From contig CAYPSA010000008.1 of assembly GCA_964413645.1 (NCBI GenBank), forward strand, positions 1-43,864: a DNA stretch of 43,864 nt. The letters run 5' to 3'. Positions 29,428 through 38,546 of this stretch are shown in pieces; position 1 is the first letter of the stretch; every line of letters starts with the position of its first letter. The DNA comes from an uncultured Gammaproteobacteria bacterium (GTDB taxonomy: Bacteria > Patescibacteriota > Microgenomatia > UBA1406 > HO2-37-13b). Under the pieces are notes generated by a model. The model did not search any database and was not told the origin of the DNA. It saw nothing but the letters and a program-made list of their open reading frames with translations. A program made the position numbers and the translations under genes.

Positions 29428-30499
29428 ATACCCTTATTTTACTCTACTCTATTTAGTTTTAGGAAGTACGCTTTTGGCGTGGGTACCATTTATGCGTAAT
29501 TTCCTTACCGTTTATGCTAATTATGACGGTCCTTTATATATTGTAGTCGCCAAAACGTTTTATAACCCGTCTGCGATTCAAAGTCTACAAGTGGGACTTA
29601 ATTTAACCGCTGAATATTTTGCGGCACATTTACCCTTGTACCCGGCATTTATCGCCCTAACAGGACCAATAATTGGCTATTTGCGAGCAATGATCTTTGT
29701 CAACGTTGCTTTTACCGTATCACTTACCTTTTTACTATATTACGTTGTTAAAGATCTAAATTTATCTAAAAAACCCCTTCTTTTAACCGGCGTTTTTTTG
29801 TTTTTACCTCGATTTCTTGTTGTCCGATCCATTGGTTCACCTGAAAGCTTGTTTATGTTGCTTATTTTAGGCTCACTGTACTTATTTGAAAAAAATAGAC
29901 TCGTTTTTTCAGGAATTCTAGGAGCCCTTGCTGTAGCAACAAAATTGCCAGGAATATTACTCTTCGTTGCGTATGGACTGGTGTATATTGAACGATACCT
30001 GAGTAATAAAGAATTTTCATGGAAGTCGCTTTACACACTTATTATTCCACTGGGACTTTTTGGAGTATTTGGAATCTATGCAGTCCAATATAACGACTTT
30101 TTAGCCTATTTTCACACGAACGCAGTCGTTCCACTCGTTTCGCCCTATGCCGTCTTTAATAATGCTGCAAAATGGGTAGGAACTATTTGGCTAGAAGACG
30201 TTATTTTTTACTTCGGAATCTATGCAGCGACAATCGTTGTTCTACGACACAGCATACATCGAAGTTTCTTCTATTTTGCTGTCACCTTCTTTATTGCCAC
30301 TATCTTCGTAGAACATCGTGATATCGCACGATACAGTCTTCCATTATGGCCCCTAGCCGCAATAGCTGGTGAAAAGATAATTACATCAAAAAAGTTTTTA
30401 CTAGCATCCCTCATCATTCTCCCAGCAGTTTACTTATACGCATGGAATTTCATTGGAAACAACGTAGCACCCATCGCAGATTGGAAAGCATTCCTATAA
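29414..30499 (+). CDS. GT-C membrane glycosyltransferase, PIG-V/mannosyltransferase-like; start probably 29414
   Basis: YDGPLYIVVAK..Y, AHLPLYP, PESLF, RYSL. Confidence 0.62.
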   Translation: MKRLIYPYFTLLYLVLGSTLLAWVPFMRNFLTVYANYDGPLYIVVAKTFYNPSAIQSLQVGLNLTAEYFAAHLPLYPAFIALTGPIIGYLRAMIFVNVAFTVSLTFLLYYVVKDLNLSKKPLLLTGVFLFLPRFLVVRSIGSPESLFMLLILGSLYLFEKNRLVFSGILGALAVATKLPGILLFVAYGLVYIERYLSNKEFSWKSLYTLIIPLGLFGVFGIYAVQYNDFLAYFHTNAVVPLVSPYAVFNNAAKWVGTIWLEDVIFYFGIYAATIVVLRHSIHRSFFYFAVTFFIATIFVEHRDIARYSLPLWPLAAIAGEKIITSKKFLLASLIILPAVYLYAWNFIGNNVAPIADWKAFL

Positions 30500-31183
30500 T
30501 TATTTAGGTTCAAAGCTCGTAAATAGCTGAATACACGCATTTCCCACACATTTTCCACAGCTATATTTAGAATTACCCATAATCGCACTTCGGTGAATTG
30601 GTGAATTCATCCACCATTGCACAGTTCCTCCATCGTCACTTCCGTATTTCATATTTTCAGTAATCCAATATGGCAAGTTTTTAGCATGTAAACCACTGTG
30701 AAAGCGTCCATTACCCACTTCAACAGGAATTTCAGGGATACGTGACTCAGCTACCGCGCAGAGCGCGTCATTTTTCTCGAAAGCAGGTAGGCCGGCCTGG
30801 GTTCGAATTGCATTTATGAGCTGCAAAATCAAATCAGGGTTGTTTTGACCATTAGCATCAAATCCTGGTGCAGTTACAGTTTCAGGTTCAACAAGGGCAA
30901 CAGGCGCCGTTGGTACTTCGGAAGTGACACCTTGTACTGCAGAAACAGGTTCAACAGGAGTATATTCTGCCCGCAAAGCATTAAATACAACATGTTCAGG
31001 TTCAGGGTCACCAACAGGAGCATAACATTTATTAGGATTTTTCGGACACAGGGAAGGCGTCGAACATGCCATTGCCGTGGGTTTCGTATCAAGATTTGCC
31101 CGTGCTATCGGTATGGTTCCCAGCATAAATGAGGCGATTGTCGCCACAAGAATGTGGAAGGTAACTTTCGTTACGAGTGTCAT
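30500..31183 (-). CDS. Exported CAP (SCP) domain protein
   Basis: LINAIRTQAGL, HSG, EN, WWMNSPIHRSAIM; signal/TM and Pro/Thr-rich linker. Confidence 0.85.
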   Translation of the reverse strand: MTLVTKVTFHILVATIASFMLGTIPIARANLDTKPTAMACSTPSLCPKNPNKCYAPVGDPEPEHVVFNALRAEYTPVEPVSAVQGVTSEVPTAPVALVEPETVTAPGFDANGQNNPDLILQLINAIRTQAGLPAFEKNDALCAVAESRIPEIPVEVGNGRFHSGLHAKNLPYWITENMKYGSDDGGTVQWWMNSPIHRSAIMGNSKYSCGKCVGNACIQLFTSFEPK

Positions 31184-31246
31184 AAAGACAAGCTGGTATT
31201 ATACCATTTTTGGGGCCTCAAGTCAAGTTACAGGGGGCAAACCGTG

Positions 31247-31318
31247 AGGCACGTGCCGGAATCGGACCGGCGCATAGAAGTTTTGCAGACTCCCGCGTTT
31301 CCACTTCGCCAACGTGCC
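31247..31318 (-). tRNA. tRNA-Cys(GCA)
   Basis: GGCACGT/ACGTGCC acceptor, anticodon arm GGAGT-CTGCAAA-ACTTC, U73; T loop TCCGATT. Confidence 0.9.
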
Positions 31319-31375
31319 GTTGCAGCGCAACATTACTCTTTTATTATACCAAGCCATGCGATATAATAGTACGGT

Positions 31376-32407
31376 ATGGACAGAATTAGCTCACTTAAAA
31401 TAAAAATCCTTTCTCATAAAAAGTTCGTCGTACTTCTCATTCTTATAGCCGCATTTGCAATCTATCGCTCACAATCTGGTACAAAACTAGAAGGAGTTTC
31501 CAATACAACGGTAAAACAAGGTACGATTAAAGAAACATTAACACTTTCGGGTACCATCGATGCCGATGAACGCACTGTTCTTTCATTTCAAACAAGCGGC
31601 ATGCTCACTTCCGTAGCGGTAAAAGAAGGTGATTTTGTTAAAAAAGGTCAATTCATTGCCTCGCTTGATCAGCGCGATCTTAAAAAACGACTTCAGAAAC
31701 AACTAAATACGTACGCAATTTCTCGAAGCACTTTCGATCAAACCAAAGCAGATTATAAGGATGTAGCCTTAAATGACGCAATTTCTCGGACACTCGACCA
31801 ATCACAATATACCCTAAACAATTCGGTTATCGATGTGGAACTAACAGACATTGCCGTAAAATACGCTAACCTATATAGTCCAATCGACGGCATCGTAACA
31901 TCGATCTCTTCTCCTATCCCTGGCGTAAACGTAACTCCGCTTACAGCACAATTCGAAATTGTTAATCCAGAATCAATTTACTTTGCATCAACCGCCGATC
32001 AAAGTGAAGTAACACAGCTTGCAGTTGGAAAAAGCGGAAAAATTACGCTTGATTCATTTTCAGACAATAGTATTAATTCATCCATCGGAGCGATTTCATT
32101 CGTACCAAAAGCAGGCGAAACTTCCACAGTATATGCAATCAAACTTCCTCTTACTGAAAATGCTAATCAAAAGTATCGCCAAGGAATGACGGGCGATGTT
32201 ATATTCACCATGCGAGAACAAAAAAATGCACTCACCATTCCTTCATATTATCTTAAGGAAGATACCGATGGTAAAAAATACGTGGATATCGTCACGAATG
32301 GAAAACGAGATAAGCGATTCGTAAAGATTGGTATTGAAGGCGATGAAACCATCGAGATTACATCTGGACTATCCAAAGGCGATAAAATTTATGATTTCAC
32401 TCAGTAA
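31376..32407 (+). CDS. MacA-like periplasmic adaptor (membrane fusion) subunit
   Basis: VAVKEGDFVKKGQFIASLD, LYSPIDGIVT, GLSKGDKI. Confidence 0.88.
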   Translation: MDRISSLKIKILSHKKFVVLLILIAAFAIYRSQSGTKLEGVSNTTVKQGTIKETLTLSGTIDADERTVLSFQTSGMLTSVAVKEGDFVKKGQFIASLDQRDLKKRLQKQLNTYAISRSTFDQTKADYKDVALNDAISRTLDQSQYTLNNSVIDVELTDIAVKYANLYSPIDGIVTSISSPIPGVNVTPLTAQFEIVNPESIYFASTADQSEVTQLAVGKSGKITLDSFSDNSINSSIGAISFVPKAGETSTVYAIKLPLTENANQKYRQGMTGDVIFTMREQKNALTIPSYYLKEDTDGKKYVDIVTNGKRDKRFVKIGIEGDETIEITSGLSKGDKIYDFTQ

Positions 32408-33056
32408 GATTTACAAGACCTACGAACTTGAAGAAGAATCCTTAACGGTCCTCAAAGACGTTTCAGTAACTATAAAAGAAGGTGAATTCGTAGCCATTCT
32501 CGGTCCATCAGGCTCAGGAAAGTCAACTCTCATGCATATTTTAGGCTTGCTTGATCACCCTACAAGTGGGAAGATAGTCGTTGATGGAGTAGATATTTCC
32601 ACGCTTAATGATGATCAAATATCGCAATTACGCAGTGAATTTGTAGGATTTGTGTTTCAACAATTTAATTTAATAAACAAATTAACTATTTTGGAAAATG
32701 TTCTACTACCCACCATTTATACTCGTAAAAAACTTAATTACGATCCTAAAGCGCGCGCAATGGAATTATTAGAACGTTTTGGAATCGGTAGTAAAGCCGA
32801 TTCGTTTCCCAACAAAATTTCTGGAGGCCAACAACAACGTGTAGCTATAGCACGTGCATTAATTATGAAACCATCTTTTATACTTGCCGATGAACCTACG
32901 GGGAACTTAGATACAAAGACAGGTGATACCATTCTCAATTTGCTACAAGAATTAAATAAGAAAGACAAAATGACCGTTATTATTGTTACGCACGAGGCCG
33001 ATGTAGCCAAACGTGCTAAGCGTCAAATTAAAGTTATTGACGGAGAAATAAAATAA
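32391..33056 (+). CDS. ABC transporter ATP-binding protein (MacB/LolD-like); start probably 32391
   Basis: [35 protein letters not shown]. Confidence 0.95.
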   Translation: MISLSKIYKTYELEEESLTVLKDVSVTIKEGEFVAILGPSGSGKSTLMHILGLLDHPTSGKIVVDGVDISTLNDDQISQLRSEFVGFVFQQFNLINKLTILENVLLPTIYTRKKLNYDPKARAMELLERFGIGSKADSFPNKISGGQQQRVAIARALIMKPSFILADEPTGNLDTKTGDTILNLLQELNKKDKMTVIIVTHEADVAKRAKRQIKVIDGEIK

Positions 33057-33059
33057 CCC

Positions 33060-33105
33060 TGTCATCCTGATCCGCTCTGTCATCCTGAGCGAGAGCGAAG
33101 GATCT
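33060..33105 (+). repeat. REP-like family A (truncated plus full unit), intergenic within the ABC operon
   Basis: TGTCATCCTGATCC followed by TGTCATCCTGAGCGAGAGCGAAGGATCT. Confidence 0.85.
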
Positions 33106-33124
33106 GGGTGTTAAGACAAACAAT

Positions 33125-34333
33125 ATGAATTATTTTCTTTTTATATTAAGAACAGCACTTGGAGACTTTAAGCGTAATAAAGTACGCACTTTCTTAACGT
33201 CGCTTGGAATTCTTATTGGCGTTGCATCGGTTGTACTCTTAATCGCTTTCGGTCTTGGACTTAAAGAATACATTAAAAATCAATTTGAAAGCTTAGGCAC
33301 CAATTTAGTCGTGGTACTTCCTGGAAAAGTATTCTCGGGCGGAAGCTTTAGAAGTGGCGCTAGTGGTTTAGGAGGCGTAAAATTTGACGAACGCGATGTG
33401 GCAAAACTCAAAAGAATCCCATCCGTAAATTACGTTGTTCCTATTTTCACCCGTTCAGTAAGTATTACGGGTGGTAAAAAAACTGAAATCTCCGATTTAT
33501 ACGCTACAACAGCCGATATGTTCCCTATCCGTAATTTAGAAATCGACCAGGGAAGATTATTTAAAAAAACCGATGTAGATAAACGTTCAAAAGTTGTCGT
33601 TATCGGACCAGTGTTAGCAAAAAATTTGTTCGGCTCTGGTTCTTCAGCGCTTGGTCGAAACGTTCAAATCGAAGGTCAATCATTCCGAGTCATAGGAATT
33701 CTCAAATCAAAAGGAGGGGGCGGATTTGGAGGGCCAGATTTTGATAGCTTCACCTATACCCCATACAAATCTGCTTACAGTTTTAACCCCGACAAAAACT
33801 TCGTAGGAATTTATGTTAAGGTTGCAAACGAGGATGCAGTAAATATTGCAAAAGCACGGGTTACCGATACTCTCTTGGTTCGATATAAAGAGGACGACTT
33901 CACTGTTATTGAACAAACAGAGATTTTGAATGCGGTAAGCTCGATCTTTGGAGTACTCAACACACTTCTCGTGTTCATTGGAGGTATTTCTTTGCTCGTA
34001 GGAGGAATTGGAATCATGAATATTATGTATGTATCAGTCGTCGAACGTACCCGTGAAATTGGAATCCGAAGAGCAATTGGCGCAACAAGTCGCGATATCC
34101 TTTCACAATTTTTAGCAGAATCCGTTATCTTATCCCTATTGGGAGGTTTAGGAGGCGTGGCAATTTCTTACGTCATTGTCTTCTTCGTGCAACGCATATT
34201 CCCTGCTTACGTAGATCTTACGTCTGTTTTAGTCGCATTTGGAGTATCATCACTCATTGGAATTATCTTCGGAGTTTTCCCTGCCCGAAAAGCAGCAAAT
34301 TTATCGCCAATTGAAGCAATTCGCTACGAATAA
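33125..34333 (+). CDS. ABC transporter permease (MacB/FtsX-like)
   Basis: RTFLTSLGILIGVASVV, GGIGIMNIMYVSVVERTREIGIRRAIGA, PARKAA.L.PIEAIRYE. Confidence 0.95.
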   Translation: MNYFLFILRTALGDFKRNKVRTFLTSLGILIGVASVVLLIAFGLGLKEYIKNQFESLGTNLVVVLPGKVFSGGSFRSGASGLGGVKFDERDVAKLKRIPSVNYVVPIFTRSVSITGGKKTEISDLYATTADMFPIRNLEIDQGRLFKKTDVDKRSKVVVIGPVLAKNLFGSGSSALGRNVQIEGQSFRVIGILKSKGGGGFGGPDFDSFTYTPYKSAYSFNPDKNFVGIYVKVANEDAVNIAKARVTDTLLVRYKEDDFTVIEQTEILNAVSSIFGVLNTLLVFIGGISLLVGGIGIMNIMYVSVVERTREIGIRRAIGATSRDILSQFLAESVILSLLGGLGGVAISYVIVFFVQRIFPAYVDLTSVLVAFGVSSLIGIIFGVFPARKAANLSPIEAIRYE

Positions 34334-34339
34334 AGTCGT

Positions 34340-34381
34340 CAACCTCTTAGGTTGAGCAGGCACGGTCAACCTCTTAGGTTG
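34340..34381. repeat. Two tandem family C palindromes
   Basis: CAACCTCTTAGGTTG at 34340-34354 and 34367-34381. Confidence 0.75.
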
Positions 34382-34414
34382 CCATAGAGTATGGAAAATT
34401 TGTATAATAATTTT

Positions 34415-34912
34415 ATGAACTATACTCCGTTACCATCCGTACTCACTTCCCAGGCGCCTACGACTAATCACCATACACCCGATCCGTATACCCCTGAACC
34501 GCCTGCTGCTCATTCGCCTTACAAAAAGGCTTTGGCTACCATTCTTATAGCTATGTTTTTAGGAATTGGCACTACATACGCCTACTTTCGAAGCTCTACT
34601 TCAAAAGAGACAAACATACAACCATCACCCATAGTAACTGTAATTCCAAGCCCCCTTCCAACGGTAGAACCATTAGAAGACTTACCCAGTGACGATTCTA
34701 ATACTTCCGAGACAGTTTTAACGTGTCCCGAAGGAAGTATTCAGGTCTGTGAAAGCGGCGTGTGTACGTGCGGTCCATCGATAGAAGTTAGTCCGACCTT
34801 AAATCCAAGTGAACCATTAATTACGCAAAGCCCAAATCTTTTTTCTTGTTCGGCCGGAACCGTAAAAGTATGCCAAGGCGGAGATTGTGAATGCGTACCT
34901 GGCAATCAATGA
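34415..34912 (+). CDS. Single-TM protein with Pro/Thr/Ser-rich linkers and two 4-Cys modules; start probably 34415
   Basis: CPEGSIQVCESGVCTC and CSAGTVKVCQGGDCEC; TATAAT 6 nt before the 34415 ATG. Confidence 0.7.
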   Translation: MNYTPLPSVLTSQAPTTNHHTPDPYTPEPPAAHSPYKKALATILIAMFLGIGTTYAYFRSSTSKETNIQPSPIVTVIPSPLPTVEPLEDLPSDDSNTSETVLTCPEGSIQVCESGVCTCGPSIEVSPTLNPSEPLITQSPNLFSCSAGTVKVCQGGDCECVPGNQ

Positions 34913-34940
34913 AAAAGGGGAAGCTTACGCTTCCCCCTTA
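34912..34940. terminator. Probable bidirectional intrinsic terminator between convergent genes
   Basis: 8-bp stem GGGGAAGC-TTAC-GCTTCCCC with an A tract on the left. Confidence 0.6.
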
Positions 34941-34957
34941 TGATCATTCTTAGATCG

Positions 34958-35308
34958 TTACTTACCTGTATTTACTACACTGCAAGTATTTGTTGATCCT
35001 CCTCCGGTTAATGTTAGCATGGTTCCGTTAGAGTTTCCCCCGGTACTCAAATTAGCTACCGATCGGGTTCTACCTGTTCTAATCCCTCCTCCTCCAATAT
35101 TACCCATGGTTACGTTTCCACCAGTATTATTGCTCTGCATAACTGTTTGCGAAGTCATACTCACATTACTACTAACAACTGAAACCATGGTTCCTTGATT
35201 ACTACTACAATTTACTGTTAACGCGTGTACATTTCCGGCCATAGGAGCAAACATAACAACTCCTGAAGCAATTGAAAGCATTGTTCGTTTGATTGACATA
35301 TTTTTCAC
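34958..35308 (-). CDS. Small secreted Gly/Ser/Thr/Asn-rich protein
   Basis: Signal peptide ending AGNVHA-L; GGAGG upstream on the minus strand. Confidence 0.75.
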   Translation of the reverse strand: MKNMSIKRTMLSIASGVVMFAPMAGNVHALTVNCSSNQGTMVSVVSSNVSMTSQTVMQSNNTGGNVTMGNIGGGGIRTGRTRSVANLSTGGNSNGTMLTLTGGGSTNTCSVVNTGK

Positions 35309-35481
35309 CTCCTTTCCTGCCTGCTTGCAGGCAGACGCTGTGTACTCGTACTTAATACTATATTCTATGTTTTAAGCACTCGTACCATCATTTAAGAGTA
35401 CAGACACTAATACTGTCATTTCAAGTGAGATTATGTATAAAGAACCGATACAAATAGATCTATAGTAGTCCTTACTAAGCT

Positions 35482-36477
35482 TTACTGTGTATATGTATTT
35501 CCGTTTTGAGGAGATTCGTACTCTTTCAATTGCTGCTTATATTGTTGTTGATATTTTTTCATCATCATTTCGTTCTGTATGCCAGGACGTTGTTTATTTC
35601 CCATTCCATCCATAAAAGCGTCTTTAAACGCGGGCGAAGAAATAAGTTTTAAAATACCCGAAGAAACGAAGAGGAACATTACCCATCCCAATGTCGCCAG
35701 CAACCACATCCACATAATAGATTTGGCTTTAGTTTCTTTAGGGAGCTTCTTATACAATGCTACATTGTATGAAGTAAGTGTCCAACCTGCCACTACGTTC
35801 ACAACAATTCCAACCAGGCTTAAAAGTCCTCGCAAATCAGGAACAATAGTGCCCAGTACCCTTGGAATAACTATGACAACGGCTATATATCCTAAGATTA
35901 ATGCGCCCCAATGAACAAGTAATTGGCCAAAATTAGCCATGACCATATTTACCGATCTTTTTATCGCTTGCAAAGGTCCTGCGTTAGATAGAACAATTTC
36001 AGCTTGCACAAACATGAGTAATAAACCTACAAATATGCCCGGTATTACGAAAAGTACACTCGATCCCAAGACAAAAAAGGTCGCGATTATTGAAGCAAAT
36101 ACAAGCGGAACAATCTGTGAAACACTGTTACGTAAGGCAGAAGTAGGAGCTAAATTCCCCTTTTTATCGAGAATTTTTATCATGCTAATAGTCATAGCCA
36201 TCATCAGAACAAATGAACTAATACCACCTACAACTCCTGAAGTTATCAAAACAGGAAAGTTTACACTTTGTAAAAACGCTTCAGTCGAAATTTTTCCTCC
36301 CAGTAAACCCAGGCTTCCTCCAAATCCACCAATAAATGCAAGCGTTCCAAAAACCGCAGCTATCAACAATCCCAATATGGTCGTAATTATGTAAAGTTTG
36401 AATAATGGCAACATTGAAGCTACAACCGTGCTCCAAGCTTCTGCAAAAACCGTTTGAACTGAAGGTAATTTTTTCAT
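35482..36477 (-). CDS. Hypothetical multi-TM membrane protein
   Basis: About 7 TM; FVIPGIF and AIKRS patterns. Confidence 0.75.
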   Translation of the reverse strand: MKKLPSVQTVFAEAWSTVVASMLPLFKLYIITTILGLLIAAVFGTLAFIGGFGGSLGLLGGKISTEAFLQSVNFPVLITSGVVGGISSFVLMMAMTISMIKILDKKGNLAPTSALRNSVSQIVPLVFASIIATFFVLGSSVLFVIPGIFVGLLLMFVQAEIVLSNAGPLQAIKRSVNMVMANFGQLLVHWGALILGYIAVVIVIPRVLGTIVPDLRGLLSLVGIVVNVVAGWTLTSYNVALYKKLPKETKAKSIMWMWLLATLGWVMFLFVSSGILKLISSPAFKDAFMDGMGNKQRPGIQNEMMMKKYQQQYKQQLKEYESPQNGNTYTQ

Positions 36478-36494
36478 ATCGTTGGCTTATTTAA

Positions 36495-37628
36495 TCAAGA
36501 TTTAACACGTGTGTCAAGGACTTTCGTAATAAAATCTTGAATATTCTTCATAAACGTCAATTCCGAATACTTTTCCGACTCTTCGCGAGCTGCTTTTTTC
36601 ATTGCCGCATAAGCTCCGGGCGAAAGTTTTTCGAGTTTATGAATTGCTGTTATAAGAGAGTTTTCATTTAAATCATCGAACAAAAATCCGTTTTTCCCCT
36701 CATGAACTGTTTCTTTCAGTCCTCCCGATTTATATGCAATTACTGGAATTCCTCTTCCCTGTGCTTCAACCGGAGCTATTCCAAATTCCTCATCAACTGC
36801 CGCAACTAAAAAAGCCTTTGCCCCGGCAAATAATTCTTCAAATTGCTTGTCGGGAACTGAGCCAACAAATTCAACCGTTGGTCCTGCAATGGAAAGTAAA
36901 TATGCTTCATGCCCTCCTGTCCCTGCAATTTTGAGTATAAAACGCGCTTTATTTGCAGCTCTAATAAGCAAATCAACGTGCTTTGGTGCAGAAAGACGGC
37001 AGATAGATAAATAATAACCGGGTCGGTCGCTGGGATAAATAACTGGAGCTTTTTCAGGAATTGAAACTGGCGGATATACTACAGTCGAATCTCTTCGATA
37101 AAACTTTACACATCGTCGTTGCATTTCCTGAGAATTTACTAAGAAATGATCAACTGTTTGCGAAGAAGTAAAATCGTACATTCTTAAAAAATGATTAATA
37201 AAATTCCCATAAATTCTAATTAGTAAATGTTTTTGCCAATTAGAAGGGGTTTCGTATCCATAGAGATATTTAGGCTGATGATGTAAGTAGCATAGGTGGA
37301 GTGTTTTTCCGCTCGTCTTCACTCCTTTGCACATATACGCACCTGATGAGGAAATGACGAGATCGTATTTTGAAAAATCAAAATATTTCCACAACAAGGG
37401 CGTTATAAAGCGAAATGGAGAAAAAAAACGCTTAAACGGATATATTTTATCAGCCCAAGAAGTCGTGATATTCCAGTCCTTAAATAAATATGCGTGTTTT
37501 CCAAGTTTTTTGGGACTATAAAATGAGGTGTATACATCTGCATCCGGATACATTTTTTTGAATGTTACCAAAACGCGCTCTGCTCCACCAAATTCTTGCA
37601 ATTGATCGTGAACTAAAGCAATTCTCAT
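36495..37628 (-). CDS. GT4 glycosyltransferase
   Basis: MRIALVHDQLQEFGGAERVL, EEFGIAPVEAQGRG, SGGLKETV. Confidence 0.92.
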   Translation of the reverse strand: MRIALVHDQLQEFGGAERVLVTFKKMYPDADVYTSFYSPKKLGKHAYLFKDWNITTSWADKIYPFKRFFSPFRFITPLLWKYFDFSKYDLVISSSGAYMCKGVKTSGKTLHLCYLHHQPKYLYGYETPSNWQKHLLIRIYGNFINHFLRMYDFTSSQTVDHFLVNSQEMQRRCVKFYRRDSTVVYPPVSIPEKAPVIYPSDRPGYYLSICRLSAPKHVDLLIRAANKARFILKIAGTGGHEAYLLSIAGPTVEFVGSVPDKQFEELFAGAKAFLVAAVDEEFGIAPVEAQGRGIPVIAYKSGGLKETVHEGKNGFLFDDLNENSLITAIHKLEKLSPGAYAAMKKAAREESEKYSELTFMKNIQDFITKVLDTRVKS

Positions 37629-37646
37629 TTGCTACAATTGTATCAA
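37629..37646. promoter_or_regulatory. Symmetric bidirectional -10 element driving two leaderless genes
   Basis: CAT-TTGC-TACAATTGTA-TCAA-ATG: TACAAT lies 8 nt before ATG on each strand. Confidence 0.6.
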
Positions 37647-38420
37647 ATGAATGCTATACAAGCTCTTATACTCGGTGTCGTAGAGGGAATCACCGAATTT
37701 CTGCCTATTTCTTCGACAGCACATCTTATTATTACCAGCGAATTCCTTGGATTAACACAAAACGAATTCACCTCTTTTTTTGAAGTTTTCATTCAAAGTG
37801 GAGCAATATTGGCCGTAGTCTTTTTATACTTTCGCTACATTCTATCGCATAAGGAGCTAATTAAGCCAGTCATCGCATCGTTTATTCCAACAGCAATAAT
37901 TGGTCTTATGCTCCATTCAACCATTAAATCAACGTTTTTCAATTCCCCTTCCCTTATTTATAGCTCCCTCATCGTTATTGGAGTTGCTTTCCTTATCCTT
38001 GAATATTTTGTTAAAAATGGGCAGCTTAAACTAACCAAGAGTTTAAAGAATATTACACTTGAAGAAGCGTTGGTTTTTGGATTTTTTCAGGCGTGTGCAG
38101 TAGTTCCCGGTGTTTCTCGAGCGGGAGCCGTTATGATGGGGGCAATGATACAAGGGTATAAGCGAGAAGAAGCTGCTATTTATTCGTTTTTACTAGCGAT
38201 TCCCACAATACTTGCGGCTGGTGTCCTTGATTTTCTAAAAACTGATCTATCGATTATTACACAGTCGGATAATAGTTCCGCGCTCCTTATAGGTTTCGTC
38301 GTTTCATTTATAACTGCTTATGCCGCAATCAAATGGCTCATTGGTTACTTGCAACGAAATACCCTCGTAATTTTCGGTGTCTATCGGATTATTCTAGGCA
38401 TGCACCTCCTGTTAATTTAG
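37647..38420 (+). CDS. uppP: Undecaprenyl-diphosphate phosphatase (BacA); start probably 37647
   Basis: LGVVEGITEFLPISSTAHL, IQSGAILAV, PGVSRAG. Confidence 0.93.
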   Translation: MNAIQALILGVVEGITEFLPISSTAHLIITSEFLGLTQNEFTSFFEVFIQSGAILAVVFLYFRYILSHKELIKPVIASFIPTAIIGLMLHSTIKSTFFNSPSLIYSSLIVIGVAFLILEYFVKNGQLKLTKSLKNITLEEALVFGFFQACAVVPGVSRAGAVMMGAMIQGYKREEAAIYSFLLAIPTILAAGVLDFLKTDLSIITQSDNSSALLIGFVVSFITAYAAIKWLIGYLQRNTLVIFGVYRIILGMHLLLI

Positions 38421-38546
38421 GCAACCTGGAAGGTTGTCGCATTATGTTGTATAAGTAATTTTTTGTACTGTCAAAATGCGCTAAATAGACATTTATGAGA
38501 CTTATAGACCGTAGACATATAATTCCAACTTTGTTACTATCCATCC

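Noticed and set aside
31233-31260. GGGCAAACC resembling a c-di-GMP-I riboswitch
   Set aside because: The rest of the motif is absent; most of the region is tRNA-Cys on the minus strand.
34910-34912. Genetic code 25 (UGA = Gly) as in Gracilibacteria/SR1
   Set aside because: ORFs are full length under the standard code, TGA appears to serve as a stop, and no UCA-anticodon tRNA was seen.
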